IMG/VR virus record: IMGVR_UViG_3300043173_000402
Coordinates: 1 to 29,459 of that record
Source of the DNA: a virus
Taxonomy: Duplodnaviria > Caudoviricetes
Direction: 5' to 3' (one strand)
DNA length: 29,459 nt
Shown here piece after piece: positions 1 through 7,547 of the stretch. Below the pieces are notes generated by a model. The model was not told the origin of the DNA. It did no database searches and saw only the letters and a program-made list of their open reading frames with translations. Numbering within the stretch: the stretch's first letter is position 1; every line of letters starts with the position of its first letter. The position numbers and the translations under genes were made by a program.

Positions 1-1350
1 CGCGATCTCGCGAAGCGGCTCCAGCGCGTCGGGCTCGCTCGGCTCCAGCAGCTCCAGGTGACGCTGCATCCCCTGCGCCGCTCTCACCATCGCGTCGCCA
101 GTCAGCCTGATCGGCTTCCCGTCGTCGTCCGCCATGACGATCGCCGACCGCTTGGAGCGTTCGACGACCTCACGGATGACGGCCGGCGTGCGACCCGAGA
201 GCAGCTCGCTGACTTCGCCCAGGTTGGTCTCCGTGTCCATCTCGTCCCCAGCGTACAGGGTGAGCATTCGACCCACGGCCTCGGCGTCCGGCGCTGTGAT
301 CGGTACCACCACGTCGAGTCGCCCTGGCCGGCGCATCGCCGGGGTGAGCTCATCCACGTGGTTGGTCGTCAGCACGACCATGATCTCGGTACCCTTCGAC
401 TCGATCCCGTCGATGGTGTTCAGGATCTTGTCCATCCCTTTCGTCCGTCGCTGCCCGGACACCTCCCTGTCGATGTCCTCGCAGAACACCACGGCCGGCT
501 CGAACCTCCGAGCCACCGCGACGCACCGTGCGAGGTCCGCGGGGTCTTCGCAGAGAACGTATGTCCACCCGTTCTCTGTGCAGACCTTCGCGAGTGCGTT
601 GGCCACGAGCGTCTTCCCGCAGCCGTAGTCACCCTCGAGCAGCACGCCCATCTTCAGCGGGATCTTCCGAGACCTGAACTGCTCGGTGTGCATGACCGGG
701 CCGAACACGTTGTCCATCAGGAGGTTTTCGATCCCGCTGCTGAACACCATCTGGTTGACGTCGGCCGATTGAATGTCGATGAACTTGGGGAAGTAGTCCT
801 CCATCTCTTCGGACTCGACTCCGTAAGGAAGCCTGATCGCTGCTCCCCTGTACGGCGTCTCCGCCAACCCGACGCGCTCCACGTGGTCGAACAGCTGCGT
901 GACCTCGTGGCGATGGGCCTGCGACGTCAGAGCGGCCATCGTGAAGCACGGTAGTGCGTTCCGCTGCTTCACGCCGCACTGCACGTACCCGTTGACGTTC
1001 GGGATCTCGAATCGCCCGAACGGCACCTGCTCTGTGTGCCCGTAGCGAGTCTCAACGGGGATCAGCTCTGGGGGGCGCGAGCCGAACATCATCGGGATCA
1101 CTTTCGCCTTGACCCAGCCATAGCGCTCTGCCATGACCTTGGTGAGAGCGAGCGCGCCCTCCGATGGGAAGAACGGGAACGTGCGAACGATGGACACCTC
1201 CTGTGCGTCCTCGTCACGTCGCCGCTTCAACCACTTGATCCCGTTATCGTAAGACATCCCGACAGGGAGGATGATCTCCTTCCCCTGCCTGATGACCTCG
1301 ACCGATTCAGGGTCGATCAGTTCACCTTCCTTGGCTTCACCATCTGCCAT
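1..1350 (-). CDS. AAA+ ATPase, classical AAA clade (FtsH/Cdc48-like ATPase domain) with N-terminal domain; 3' end runs off the window
   Basis: Hand translation from ATG 1350 (AGGAG RBS upstream): MADGEAKEGELIDP..., Walker A GVLLEGDYGCGKT, Walker B VVFCEDID, sensor-1 VLTTNH, second region of homology PAMRRPGRLD. Missing from the ORF track because it has no stop in the window. Confidence 0.9.
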   Translation of the reverse strand, partial: MADGEAKEGELIDPESVEVIRQGKEIILPVGMSYDNGIKWLKRRRDEDAQEVSIVRTFPFFPSEGALALTKVMAERYGWVKAKVIPMMFGSRPPELIPVETRYGHTEQVPFGRFEIPNVNGYVQCGVKQRNALPCFTMAALTSQAHRHEVTQLFDHVERVGLAETPYRGAAIRLPYGVESEEMEDYFPKFIDIQSADVNQMVFSSGIENLLMDNVFGPVMHTEQFRSRKIPLKMGVLLEGDYGCGKTLVANALAKVCTENGWTYVLCEDPADLARCVAVARRFEPAVVFCEDIDREVSGQRRTKGMDKILNTIDGIESKGTEIMVVLTTNHVDELTPAMRRPGRLDVVVPITAPDAEAVGRMLTLYAGDEMDTETNLGEVSELLSGRTPAVIREVVERSKRSAIVMADDDGKPIRLTGDAMVRAAQGMQRHLELLEPSEPDALEPLREIA

Positions 1351-1370
1351 GCGTTCGTTCTCCTTCTGTG

Positions 1371-1440
1371 TGGAGGGCGCGAGCGGACTCGAACCGCTAA
1401 CCGTTGGGGTTGAAATCCCGTGGTGTGCCAACACGCGCCC
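1371..1440 (-). tRNA. tRNA-like element (70 nt, shortened D-arm, weak anticodon stem; anticodon UCA or UUC depending on register)
   Basis: Minus strand GGGCGCG TGTTGGCACA CCACGGGA TTTCAAC CCCAACGGTT AGCGG TTCGAGT CCGCT CGCGCCC T CCA: perfect 7-bp acceptor stem, perfect T-arm, encoded CCA. Confidence 0.7.
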
Positions 1441-1460
1441 TCGAATTACCGAGAGCGTAA

Positions 1461-1476
1461 CGTGAAAGAGATAGCG
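1461..1476 (+). promoter_or_regulatory. Candidate operator motif CGTGAAAGAGATAGCG in the divergent tRNA-like/HTH intergenic region
   Basis: Core AAGAGATAG recurs at 7468-7476 (minus) and 7555-7563 (plus) in the other divergent intergenic region. Confidence 0.5.
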
Positions 1477-1556
1477 CGCTACCGCATAGTGTGTGCGAGC
1501 GCTTCGACCGCCAATGAGATACATTCGACGACGCCCCGCGAGAAACGAGAGAGAAG

Positions 1557-1802
1557 ATGCACAGACACAAGCTGCGAATGGTGATGGACGAGAACGGACT
1601 GTCAGAAGCGGAGACCGCTCGACGTCTCGACGTCGCACAGAGCGCACTCAATAGAATCACACACAGAGGTCTCGCGCCGACGCTGACCACCGCCGCCAAG
1701 ATCGTGTCTGGCTTCGACGGCCAGATCACGTTCGAGGACCTCGTGCCTCGTGAGGTCAAGCGAACGGCGCGACGTCTTCGCGGGAAGCTGGTGGCCGCAT
1801 AG
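1557..1802 (+). CDS. XRE/Cro-CI-family helix-turn-helix regulator
   Basis: KLRMVMDENGLSEAETARRLDVAQSALNRITHRGLAPTLTTAAKI fits the HTH_XRE pattern; 3' end overlaps the convergent CmoA-like gene by 47 nt. Confidence 0.85.
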   Translation: MHRHKLRMVMDENGLSEAETARRLDVAQSALNRITHRGLAPTLTTAAKIVSGFDGQITFEDLVPREVKRTARRLRGKLVAA

Positions 1803-2520
1803 ACTCGGGCGCCCACCACGCCCATGCGCGGAACGGACCCCAGCACCAGATCAGATCCCCGCTCAGGTCGTTGGCCACGGCCCACGACTCGTATCGTCGC
1901 GCGTCCCACGGGATCAGTTGGCCACGTAGGCTGGACCACTTCGCGACGACCTCCTCGGGATCCACACCGTTGGTGAGCTTCCAGTCCGAGTACAGGCCGG
2001 CGTGAAGGTCCGCACCACGCGGGCTCTGGCTGAGCGTCTTCTCCGCGAGGATGAACAGCCCGCCTGGCTTCATGGCGTCACGGATGGTCTGCAGCGCACG
2101 CCACCTGGCCGGCGTAGGGATGAACTGGAGACCGAACAACGCCACGGTGACGTCGAACGTCGCGCCCGGCGTCCAGGTGGACGCGTCCTCGACGCGCGCC
2201 TCCAGCTTCGGCGCGTGCTCGCGATCGTTCACGCCTGTGAATCGCCCGCGTGCCTGATCGACCATCAGCGGCTCGATGTCGATCCCGAGTCCCTGGAACA
2301 CGTGCGGCGACCGCCCTGCCAAGAGCGAGAGCGTCTGCCCCGTTGCACACCCGACGTCGAGAACGTCCGCGCCCGCGTACACGTTCCACATCGCCGCGCT
2401 GACAGCGAGCTGTTGGATCTGCTCGTAGCCGGGCAGGTGTCGCCGCACGTGCTCGTCGAATTCGTCGCCGATCGCTGTGAACGACCAGCTCCCGTGGTCG
2501 CCACGATCCCACTGCTTCAT
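1756..2520 (-). CDS. cmoA: CmoA-like SAM-dependent enzyme (putative carboxy-S-adenosylmethionine synthase)
   Basis: Colinear with CmoA signatures: WSF...FDEHVRRHLPGY, VLDVGCATG, GIDIEPLM, LFGLQFI...R, MKPGGLFILAEK, YSDWKLTNG...EVVAK. Confidence 0.8.
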   Translation of the reverse strand: MKQWDRGDHGSWSFTAIGDEFDEHVRRHLPGYEQIQQLAVSAAMWNVYAGADVLDVGCATGQTLSLLAGRSPHVFQGLGIDIEPLMVDQARGRFTGVNDREHAPKLEARVEDASTWTPGATFDVTVALFGLQFIPTPARWRALQTIRDAMKPGGLFILAEKTLSQSPRGADLHAGLYSDWKLTNGVDPEEVVAKWSSLRGQLIPWDARRYESWAVANDLSGDLIWCWGPFRAWAWWAPESMRPPASREDVAPFA

Positions 2521-2669
2521 CCCGGCAGCCGGTACAGCGTGGCGTCACAGGGTGCAGGTGGAGCAGGCTTCATCTGGTAGCTCGAGGTCGAGCTTGGCTC
2601 CATCATCGACACACAGATCGCTTCGACTTGCTCCGGGGTCCATCGCTCCTGGCATAGCAGTTCAGACAT
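2517..2669 (-). CDS. 50-aa hypothetical protein coupling the MTase to the CmoA-like gene
   Basis: ATG at 2669 overlaps the MTase end (GATGTCTGA); its TGA overlaps the CmoA-like ATG (ATGA). Confidence 0.5.
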   Translation of the reverse strand: MSELLCQERWTPEQVEAICVSMMEPSSTSSYQMKPAPPAPCDATLYRLPG

Positions 2670-3885
2670 CGAACACCTCCTTGGCGATCGCGGAAGCGAT
2701 CGCACGCATCATCAATGGCGGGACGGCGCGCCCACACCGCTCCCACTGCTGCGGGAAACTACCCAGCAGCGTGAAGTCCTCCGGGAACGAGCACAGCTGC
2801 TTCAGCTCCGGGATCGTGAACTTGCGAGGCTCGTTCGGGTGTGTGACGCCAGCCGTGCCGGGCGACGTCCCGCCAGCCTGTGTGATCGTCGGGCAGGGCT
2901 TCAGCGGGTTCGGGCGCACCAGCTGGAAATACTTCTTGGACGACTCACCCTGGCGAAGCTTGCGCCACTCCGGCTCGATCGCATAGCCCACGAACGACAG
3001 GTCATCCGGCGTCAGGTCGTTCACCTCCAGGTGGTAGTAGTCCTTGGCGCCGATGCCTTTGGTGTCGACCGTCGGACTCACTTCGTTCCCGCCCACACGC
3101 TTGTCCTCGCCATAGAGCTGGCGGATCATCAGCGATCGGATGTGTGGGAGCGCGTCTCTGATCGAGTATCGGTACGGCAGGGGCGTCGGGTACGCCTCGC
3201 GCGGGTCCTTGTCGATGTCGTCGCGCACGCCGATGAAGATGGCACGCTCACGATGCTGGGGGACGCCGAGCCACTGAGCGTCCACGATCTTGCACGCGAC
3301 CTTGTAGCCACACTCCGCCAGCATCTCTTTGATGTCGAGGAAGTAGCCCTTCGCCTTCCCAGTCACCAAGCCCTTCACGTTCTCCCCGACGAACACCCTG
3401 GGCTGTAGGCCCTTCACGAGTCGCCCGAACTCCCAGAACAGGTCGTCAGCTCGCTGTGTGGTCTGGCTGTACTTCTTCTCCTTACCCCACAGCTTGTCGC
3501 GCCCGCCGGCCATCGAGAACGACGCACACGGTGGCGACCCTTCGAGCATGTCGAGCTCACCCACCTTCATCCCGATTCGCTTCAGGATCTCGCTCGGCTG
3601 GACCTCACGGATGTCGCGATCGTCCACGTGTGCGTCGGGGAAGTTGGCCAGGTACGTGTCGCGCGCTGCGGGGATGAACTCGCTCGCCCACAGCACGTCG
3701 TACCCGGCCATCCTGAACCCCAGACACGAACCGCCGCAGCCCGAGAAGGTCGACACCATCTTCAGACCGTTCGGCTTCACAGCACGAATGTCGCCCATCG
3801 AGGGGATGGTGTACTCGGGTTTCTCGACCCGTTCCCGCGTCTGCCTCTTGGCTCTCGCTTTGGGCTTGCGGCTGCGTGCGGCCAT
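2662..3885 (-). CDS. C5-cytosine DNA methyltransferase-fold enzyme with motif-X Asn-to-Arg (putative DNA carboxymethyltransferase)
   Basis: Motif I STFSGCGG, IV GSPPCASFS, VI ENVKG, VIII QHRERAIF, IX RKFTIPELKQLCSFP, X QWERCGRAVPP (canonical GNAV/GNSV). Confidence 0.92.
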   Translation of the reverse strand: MAARSRKPKARAKRQTRERVEKPEYTIPSMGDIRAVKPNGLKMVSTFSGCGGSCLGFRMAGYDVLWASEFIPAARDTYLANFPDAHVDDRDIREVQPSEILKRIGMKVGELDMLEGSPPCASFSMAGGRDKLWGKEKKYSQTTQRADDLFWEFGRLVKGLQPRVFVGENVKGLVTGKAKGYFLDIKEMLAECGYKVACKIVDAQWLGVPQHRERAIFIGVRDDIDKDPREAYPTPLPYRYSIRDALPHIRSLMIRQLYGEDKRVGGNEVSPTVDTKGIGAKDYYHLEVNDLTPDDLSFVGYAIEPEWRKLRQGESSKKYFQLVRPNPLKPCPTITQAGGTSPGTAGVTHPNEPRKFTIPELKQLCSFPEDFTLLGSFPQQWERCGRAVPPLMMRAIASAIAKEVFDV

Positions 3886-3894
3886 GCGATCAGT

Positions 3895-4443
3895 CTACCC
3901 GTTCCATCGGTAGTCACACTTTGGGCACTGGTGATCGAACTCGTCGCCGGGCTCGGAGAAGCCATCGCCCTTCCCGCTGATCGTGTTGTCCGGGTCGCCG
4001 AGGTACGCTTCCAGCTCATCTTTGTCGAAGCCTGTGAAGTCGAGCGCGTCGCCGCCGCCAAGCTCCTCGATGAAACGCAGCGCACGCTCCAGCATGTCCT
4101 CTTCCCAATCGCCCGACGTGCGATTCAGAATGAGATTGAGCTGGCGCTCCTTCAACTCGTCGAGGTCGACCCACACGACCGGGAGCTTGTCGAGCGCGAT
4201 CTCCTCCGAGCCGGCGACGCGCACACGCTGGTGGCCACCGACGATCGTTGGCTTGGTGTCCTTCTTCCAGCCCTGGGCCTCGGTGCGCTTGTTCACGACG
4301 ATGTCCTGCACACAGCCGAACGTCTTCATCGACGAGACCAGCTGGGCCCAATCGTGGTCGAGCATTTCCCGCGGGTTGTAGTCTGCAGCGAGCAGAGCCA
4401 GGTCAGCGGTCTTCATCGTGCGAGGGAATACTGCGCTTGCCAT
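3895..4443 (-). CDS. ParB/Srx N-terminal-domain protein with C-terminal CPKC knuckle
   Basis: YNPR, SMKTFG..QDIVVN, IVGGHQR, ERQLNLILN..SGDW motifs typical of phage ParB-like proteins; ends HQCPKCDYRWNG. Confidence 0.85.
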   Translation of the reverse strand: MASAVFPRTMKTADLALLAADYNPREMLDHDWAQLVSSMKTFGCVQDIVVNKRTEAQGWKKDTKPTIVGGHQRVRVAGSEEIALDKLPVVWVDLDELKERQLNLILNRTSGDWEEDMLERALRFIEELGGGDALDFTGFDKDELEAYLGDPDNTISGKGDGFSEPGDEFDHQCPKCDYRWNG

Positions 4444-4530
4444 CGTGTCTCCCGTTCCTGTAGGATGGTGGTGCCTATCGTTCGTTCAGGTTGGGGAGAC
4501 CCAGCCGACCTTCAGAGACCCTCGTCGGAT

Positions 4531-5004
4531 TCAGGCCGGCGGGGGTCTCGTCGTGTGGCTCTTTAGATACTCGTACAGCCACTCCTCTCGTGTGCCCGCC
4601 TTACGCATCGCGCTCTTGCTCCGGTGCGCCGCGATCACGAACTGGTAGAACGGGAACATCTGCGCGGCGTCGCGCACCTTCTGGCGCGCGTCCTCCTTGA
4701 AGCCGACCTTCCCGGTAGACCACACAGCCTTGACTTCGTGGCACTGGATCTGGCGCTCTGCGTTGACTACGCCGAAGTCCACCGTGTAGAAGTTCTTGGG
4801 GCCCAGCCGAAGCTTCCAGGGCTCGAACGCGTACCACAGGATGGTGCGCTCGCGCAGCGCGGGCTCCAGGACCGTGGCGGCGTAGTGCGCCTCGGTCTTG
4901 TTCATGTCGTTGCCTGACGGCCACGTGGCTATGGCTCCGGGGATCTCAACTCGAGGTGCCCGAGACGTTCGCCCGGCTGTGCCGAGTCTCACCGGGCGTG
5001 CCAT
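4531..5004 (-). CDS. DUF1064-like PD-(D/E)XK endonuclease/resolvase
   Basis: MNKTEAHY...FEPWKLRL...YTVDF...CHEVK...KVRDAAQMFPF pattern. Confidence 0.7.
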   Translation of the reverse strand: MARPVRLGTAGRTSRAPRVEIPGAIATWPSGNDMNKTEAHYAATVLEPALRERTILWYAFEPWKLRLGPKNFYTVDFGVVNAERQIQCHEVKAVWSTGKVGFKEDARQKVRDAAQMFPFYQFVIAAHRSKSAMRKAGTREEWLYEYLKSHTTRPPPA

Positions 5005-5021
5005 CGTTCGCTCCTTCGTGT

Positions 5022-5798
5022 TCAGAAGAGGATCTCCTCTTCGCCGTCAACCTCATAGTCGTTTGCCTCGTCCGGGTCGTCAACCTCTTCGTCGATTGGG
5101 CCGATGTACCGAACCATCTTCGATCGCCTCTCCTCTACGCTCTGTGTGTCGACGTCCTCGAACATCGGGTCGTGAATCACTTCCATGTGCACGCCCAGGT
5201 CCACGACCTCGTAGTTGCCCGAGTCCTGACGCGGTGATCGGTCACCGGACGCCGTCAAGGCGCTCGTGGAGAGCCACTGTCCAGGATCGTCTGGACCAGG
5301 TTGTTCCACCACACACACAGGCTCGGGGTCGCTCAGCACCTCGCCGCACTCCAGGCAGAACCAGCAGCCCTCGTCGTCCTGCTCCTGGACGTCGTGCGAG
5401 CAGGCCCCAGGCGGCTCGTCGCTCGCTCGCTCGCTCGCTCTCGCGTCCGGCTCTCGCTCGTCTCTCGCGTCAGGCTCTCGATCGTCTCTCGCTCCATGAG
5501 GCAGGCTCTCCTGGGCATCAGGGGCGGCGGGGCTACGCTCGCCGCCCCCCACAGGGAAAAGTCCCTCCTGGCCTGCCTCATGGGCTCTCGTAGCGTGTTC
5601 TCTCGACAGGCTCTCTGCGACGTCTCGGACGTCCTGAGCGCCAGGGCGCTCGCGCCCCGCGCCCTGGGCGAAGCCCACGAGCGCGTCGTCGGGCGAGTTG
5701 TCGTGCAGCCCGGCCACGCGCCTGAAGCGAGCGACCGCGATCGCCATCGGTGTGCCAGCCGCGTAGTCACCTGTGTGCTCGTTCCGCGATCGCTTCAT
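5022..5798 (-). CDS. Hypothetical acidic protein with CxxC (CLECG) and an internal repeat
   Basis: ATGA-coupled to the upstream gene; very D/E-rich; DDREPDAR/DEREPDAR repeat. Confidence 0.6.
   Translation of the reverse strand: MKRSRNEHTGDYAAGTPMAIAVARFRRVAGLHDNSPDDALVGFAQGAGRERPGAQDVRDVAESLSREHATRAHEAGQEGLFPVGGGERSPAAPDAQESLPHGARDDREPDARDEREPDARASERASDEPPGACSHDVQEQDDEGCWFCLECGEVLSDPEPVCVVEQPGPDDPGQWLSTSALTASGDRSPRQDSGNYEVVDLGVHMEVIHDPMFEDVDTQSVEERRSKMVRYIGPIDEEVDDPDEANDYEVDGEEEILF
5421..5492. repeat. (GCTC)5 microsatellite followed by a 24-bp imperfect tandem repeat
   Basis: gctc x5 at 5421-5440; tctcgcgtccggctctcgctcgtc / tctcgcgtcaggctctcgatcgtc at 5439-5486. Confidence 0.85.
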
Positions 5799-6601
5799 GG
5801 CAGCCCCAAGATGGCCGGCTCGTCCATCTCGAGGTAGTGCCCAGACTCCCCGTCGTACTCAGGCCACTCGATCATCGGGTCCAGGTCCGGCTCCGGCTGG
5901 CCCACCATCCGGCGTGCGACCCGGAGCACCTCGTCGCCGCTTCGGCTGAGCCACGGGATTAGCGTCCGCGCGCGCCGCTGCACCTCCGGGATCGTCGGGC
6001 GCCATATCTCTCGGTTCTCGTCACGCTGCAGCGCGAGCATCGTGCGAGCCAGGAGCCACACAGGTACGTGTGACGTCGCACTGGCGTACCCTTGCGACGT
6101 GACGCCGCTGTCATCCGGGCGGCCCGGGAAGACTGGCAGCGTCTGATCGAACAAGGCGAGGCGCTGGAGCCAGTCATGCTCAACGGACGTGTAGACTCGA
6201 ACCTCTGGCGGGAGCGTGGCTACGAGGTCTCGGCACTCGTGGTCGAACTCCTGACGCTCCTTCTCGATCTGAGCCTCTGCATTGCGCTGGGCTGTCTGCT
6301 CGCGAGCCTTCTGCTCTGTGTGGCGTGCTTCACGTTCGTCGTTGATCGAGCGCCTGAGCTCCTTCGCCGCCTCCGGGTCGCTGGCCGCAAGAGCCGACAG
6401 GTCCCTCATCTCCTGCTGGAACTTTGTCAGGGCGCTGCTCAGCGGCTTCGCCATGTGCTCAGGGCGTAGCCCCGCCCTCCGGTGTTCCAGTGCCACCTGT
6501 GCCCTGGCCAGCACTTCGTCGTCGCTGTTGCCGCCCGACTCGCTCAGCGGCTGCTCGGTTTCGGTCGTCCCGCTTCCCGCGGGCTTGCTCTCGTTTGCCA
6601 T
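5795..6601 (-). CDS. Putative replication helicase loader/inhibitor-like protein
   Basis: AGGAGA RBS; directly downstream of the initiator; coiled coil then HVPVWLLARTM...WRPTIPEV, resembling the P-T-I-x-E motif of SPP1 G39P-like loaders (function inferred). Confidence 0.45.
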   Translation of the reverse strand: MANESKPAGSGTTETEQPLSESGGNSDDEVLARAQVALEHRRAGLRPEHMAKPLSSALTKFQQEMRDLSALAASDPEAAKELRRSINDEREARHTEQKAREQTAQRNAEAQIEKERQEFDHECRDLVATLPPEVRVYTSVEHDWLQRLALFDQTLPVFPGRPDDSGVTSQGYASATSHVPVWLLARTMLALQRDENREIWRPTIPEVQRRARTLIPWLSRSGDEVLRVARRMVGQPEPDLDPMIEWPEYDGESGHYLEMDEPAILGLP

Positions 6602-7379
6602 CGGTCGTTCTCCTCTGCTTGGTCTTCATTTCGTGTTGGAGCTTGATCAGCACGTCCTCCCAGTGCTTTCGTAGTTTACGCGGCGACCGGATGTTGGTTC
6701 GCCAGAACTCGACGACCTCGCTGTCCGCGTCCGGGTCGAACAGGACGGCACACAGCTTGTCGATCTGCACGATCGAGACGGGCTTCTCATTCGCGCCAGG
6801 TGGGCCGAGTCTCACGAGCCGGTCCATGTCCGTCAGCCAGCTGAGCTGCGTCGCGGCAGTCGGCTCCTGAAGCCCAGGCCACACGCGCTGCAGGTAGTCC
6901 AGGAAGCGACGTGTGATCGCCCGGACCTCGTCAGGGAAGTCATCCGGGGTGCGCTTCGATCGCGCTGGACGCGCGCCGGCAGGCGTGCGTGGAGCACTAC
7001 TACTCTTCACTCTTACTTCTTCTCTCTTCTCTCTTCTCTCTTGTGTGTCCGTAACGGGGGCTCCGATCCCCTGTCTTTTCGCGAGGTTACGAACAGTCAC
7101 GACCCAGCGGTTCGAGTACCGATCCACACGGTACCCGACCCCCTCGCACGTGCGAGCTATGAGAGCGTCCGCCAGCTCGACGTCTTCCTCGCCGGCCACG
7201 TTCAAGCGATCGCCCGGGGTCAGCGTGACGCGATCCCCGCGCTTGGCGGCGTAGCGCTCCTGGCCCAGGCGCCATAGCTCGACCAGGATGGATCGCATAT
7301 CCCGATCAGACCAGACGTCCCTGGTCTTCGGGTGGTGTGCTGCTGAGATGTAGACCTTGACGTGGGCTCTGAAGCGCAC
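6459..7379 (-). CDS. Putative phage replication initiator (lambda O/replisome-organiser architecture)
   Basis: First gene of the leftward operon; two domains joined by an ERREKREEVRVK linker encoded by a purine tract; C-domain FWRTNIRSPRKLRKHWEDV resembles the C-terminus of O-like initiators. Confidence 0.7.
   Translation of the reverse strand: MRFRAHVKVYISAAHHPKTRDVWSDRDMRSILVELWRLGQERYAAKRGDRVTLTPGDRLNVAGEEDVELADALIARTCEGVGYRVDRYSNRWVVTVRNLAKRQGIGAPVTDTQERREKREEVRVKSSSAPRTPAGARPARSKRTPDDFPDEVRAITRRFLDYLQRVWPGLQEPTAATQLSWLTDMDRLVRLGPPGANEKPVSIVQIDKLCAVLFDPDADSEVVEFWRTNIRSPRKLRKHWEDVLIKLQHEMKTKQRRTTDGKREQARGKRDDRNRAAAERVGRQQRRRSAGQGTGGTGTPEGGATP
6997..7042. repeat. Pyrimidine/purine-skewed tract inside the initiator gene; candidate replication origin region
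   Basis: ctactactcttcactcttacttcttctctcttctctcttctctctt: AT-rich relative to the genome, with repeated CTCTT units. Confidence 0.45.
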
Positions 7380-7487
7380 GCTTCACCCGCGCCCGACGCG
7401 CTGTGTGTTCACGGCTCCCCCCGACTCGCTGTGTGTCGTGACCGGATTCGACACACCGTCTCGCTACCTATCTCTTTCGCGAGCGCG

Positions 7488-7516
7488 ATCTTACGATGTC
7501 GTCTGCGCTTCGTCGA
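7488..7516 (-). promoter_or_regulatory. Candidate sigma70 promoter for the leftward replication/modification operon
   Basis: Minus strand TCGACG-N17-TAAGAT; the AAAGAGATAG motif (7468-7481) covers the predicted start site. Confidence 0.4.
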
Positions 7517-7547
7517 GAGGGAACACACAGCGTGTGAAGATTCTCCC

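Noticed and set aside
58-954. 298-aa plus-strand ORF
   Set aside because: Antisense shadow of the minus-strand AAA+ ATPase, which carries all the recognisable motifs.
1756-2520. CmoA-like gene as an auxiliary tRNA cmo5U modification gene serving the nearby tRNA-like element
   Set aside because: Less favoured, not excluded: no CmoB in the window, UUC/UCA anticodons are not cmo5U substrates, and the gene is coupled to an MTase with a carboxylate-accommodating Arg.
4444-4530. Possible hairpin/terminator between the nuclease and ParB-like genes
   Set aside because: The stem is short and mismatched on the transcribed (minus) strand and has no U-tract.
2662-5004. Type II restriction-modification pair (MTase plus PD-(D/E)XK nuclease)
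   Set aside because: The nuclease resembles DUF1064-type phage resolvases commonly found in replication regions and is separated from the MTase by the ParB-like gene.
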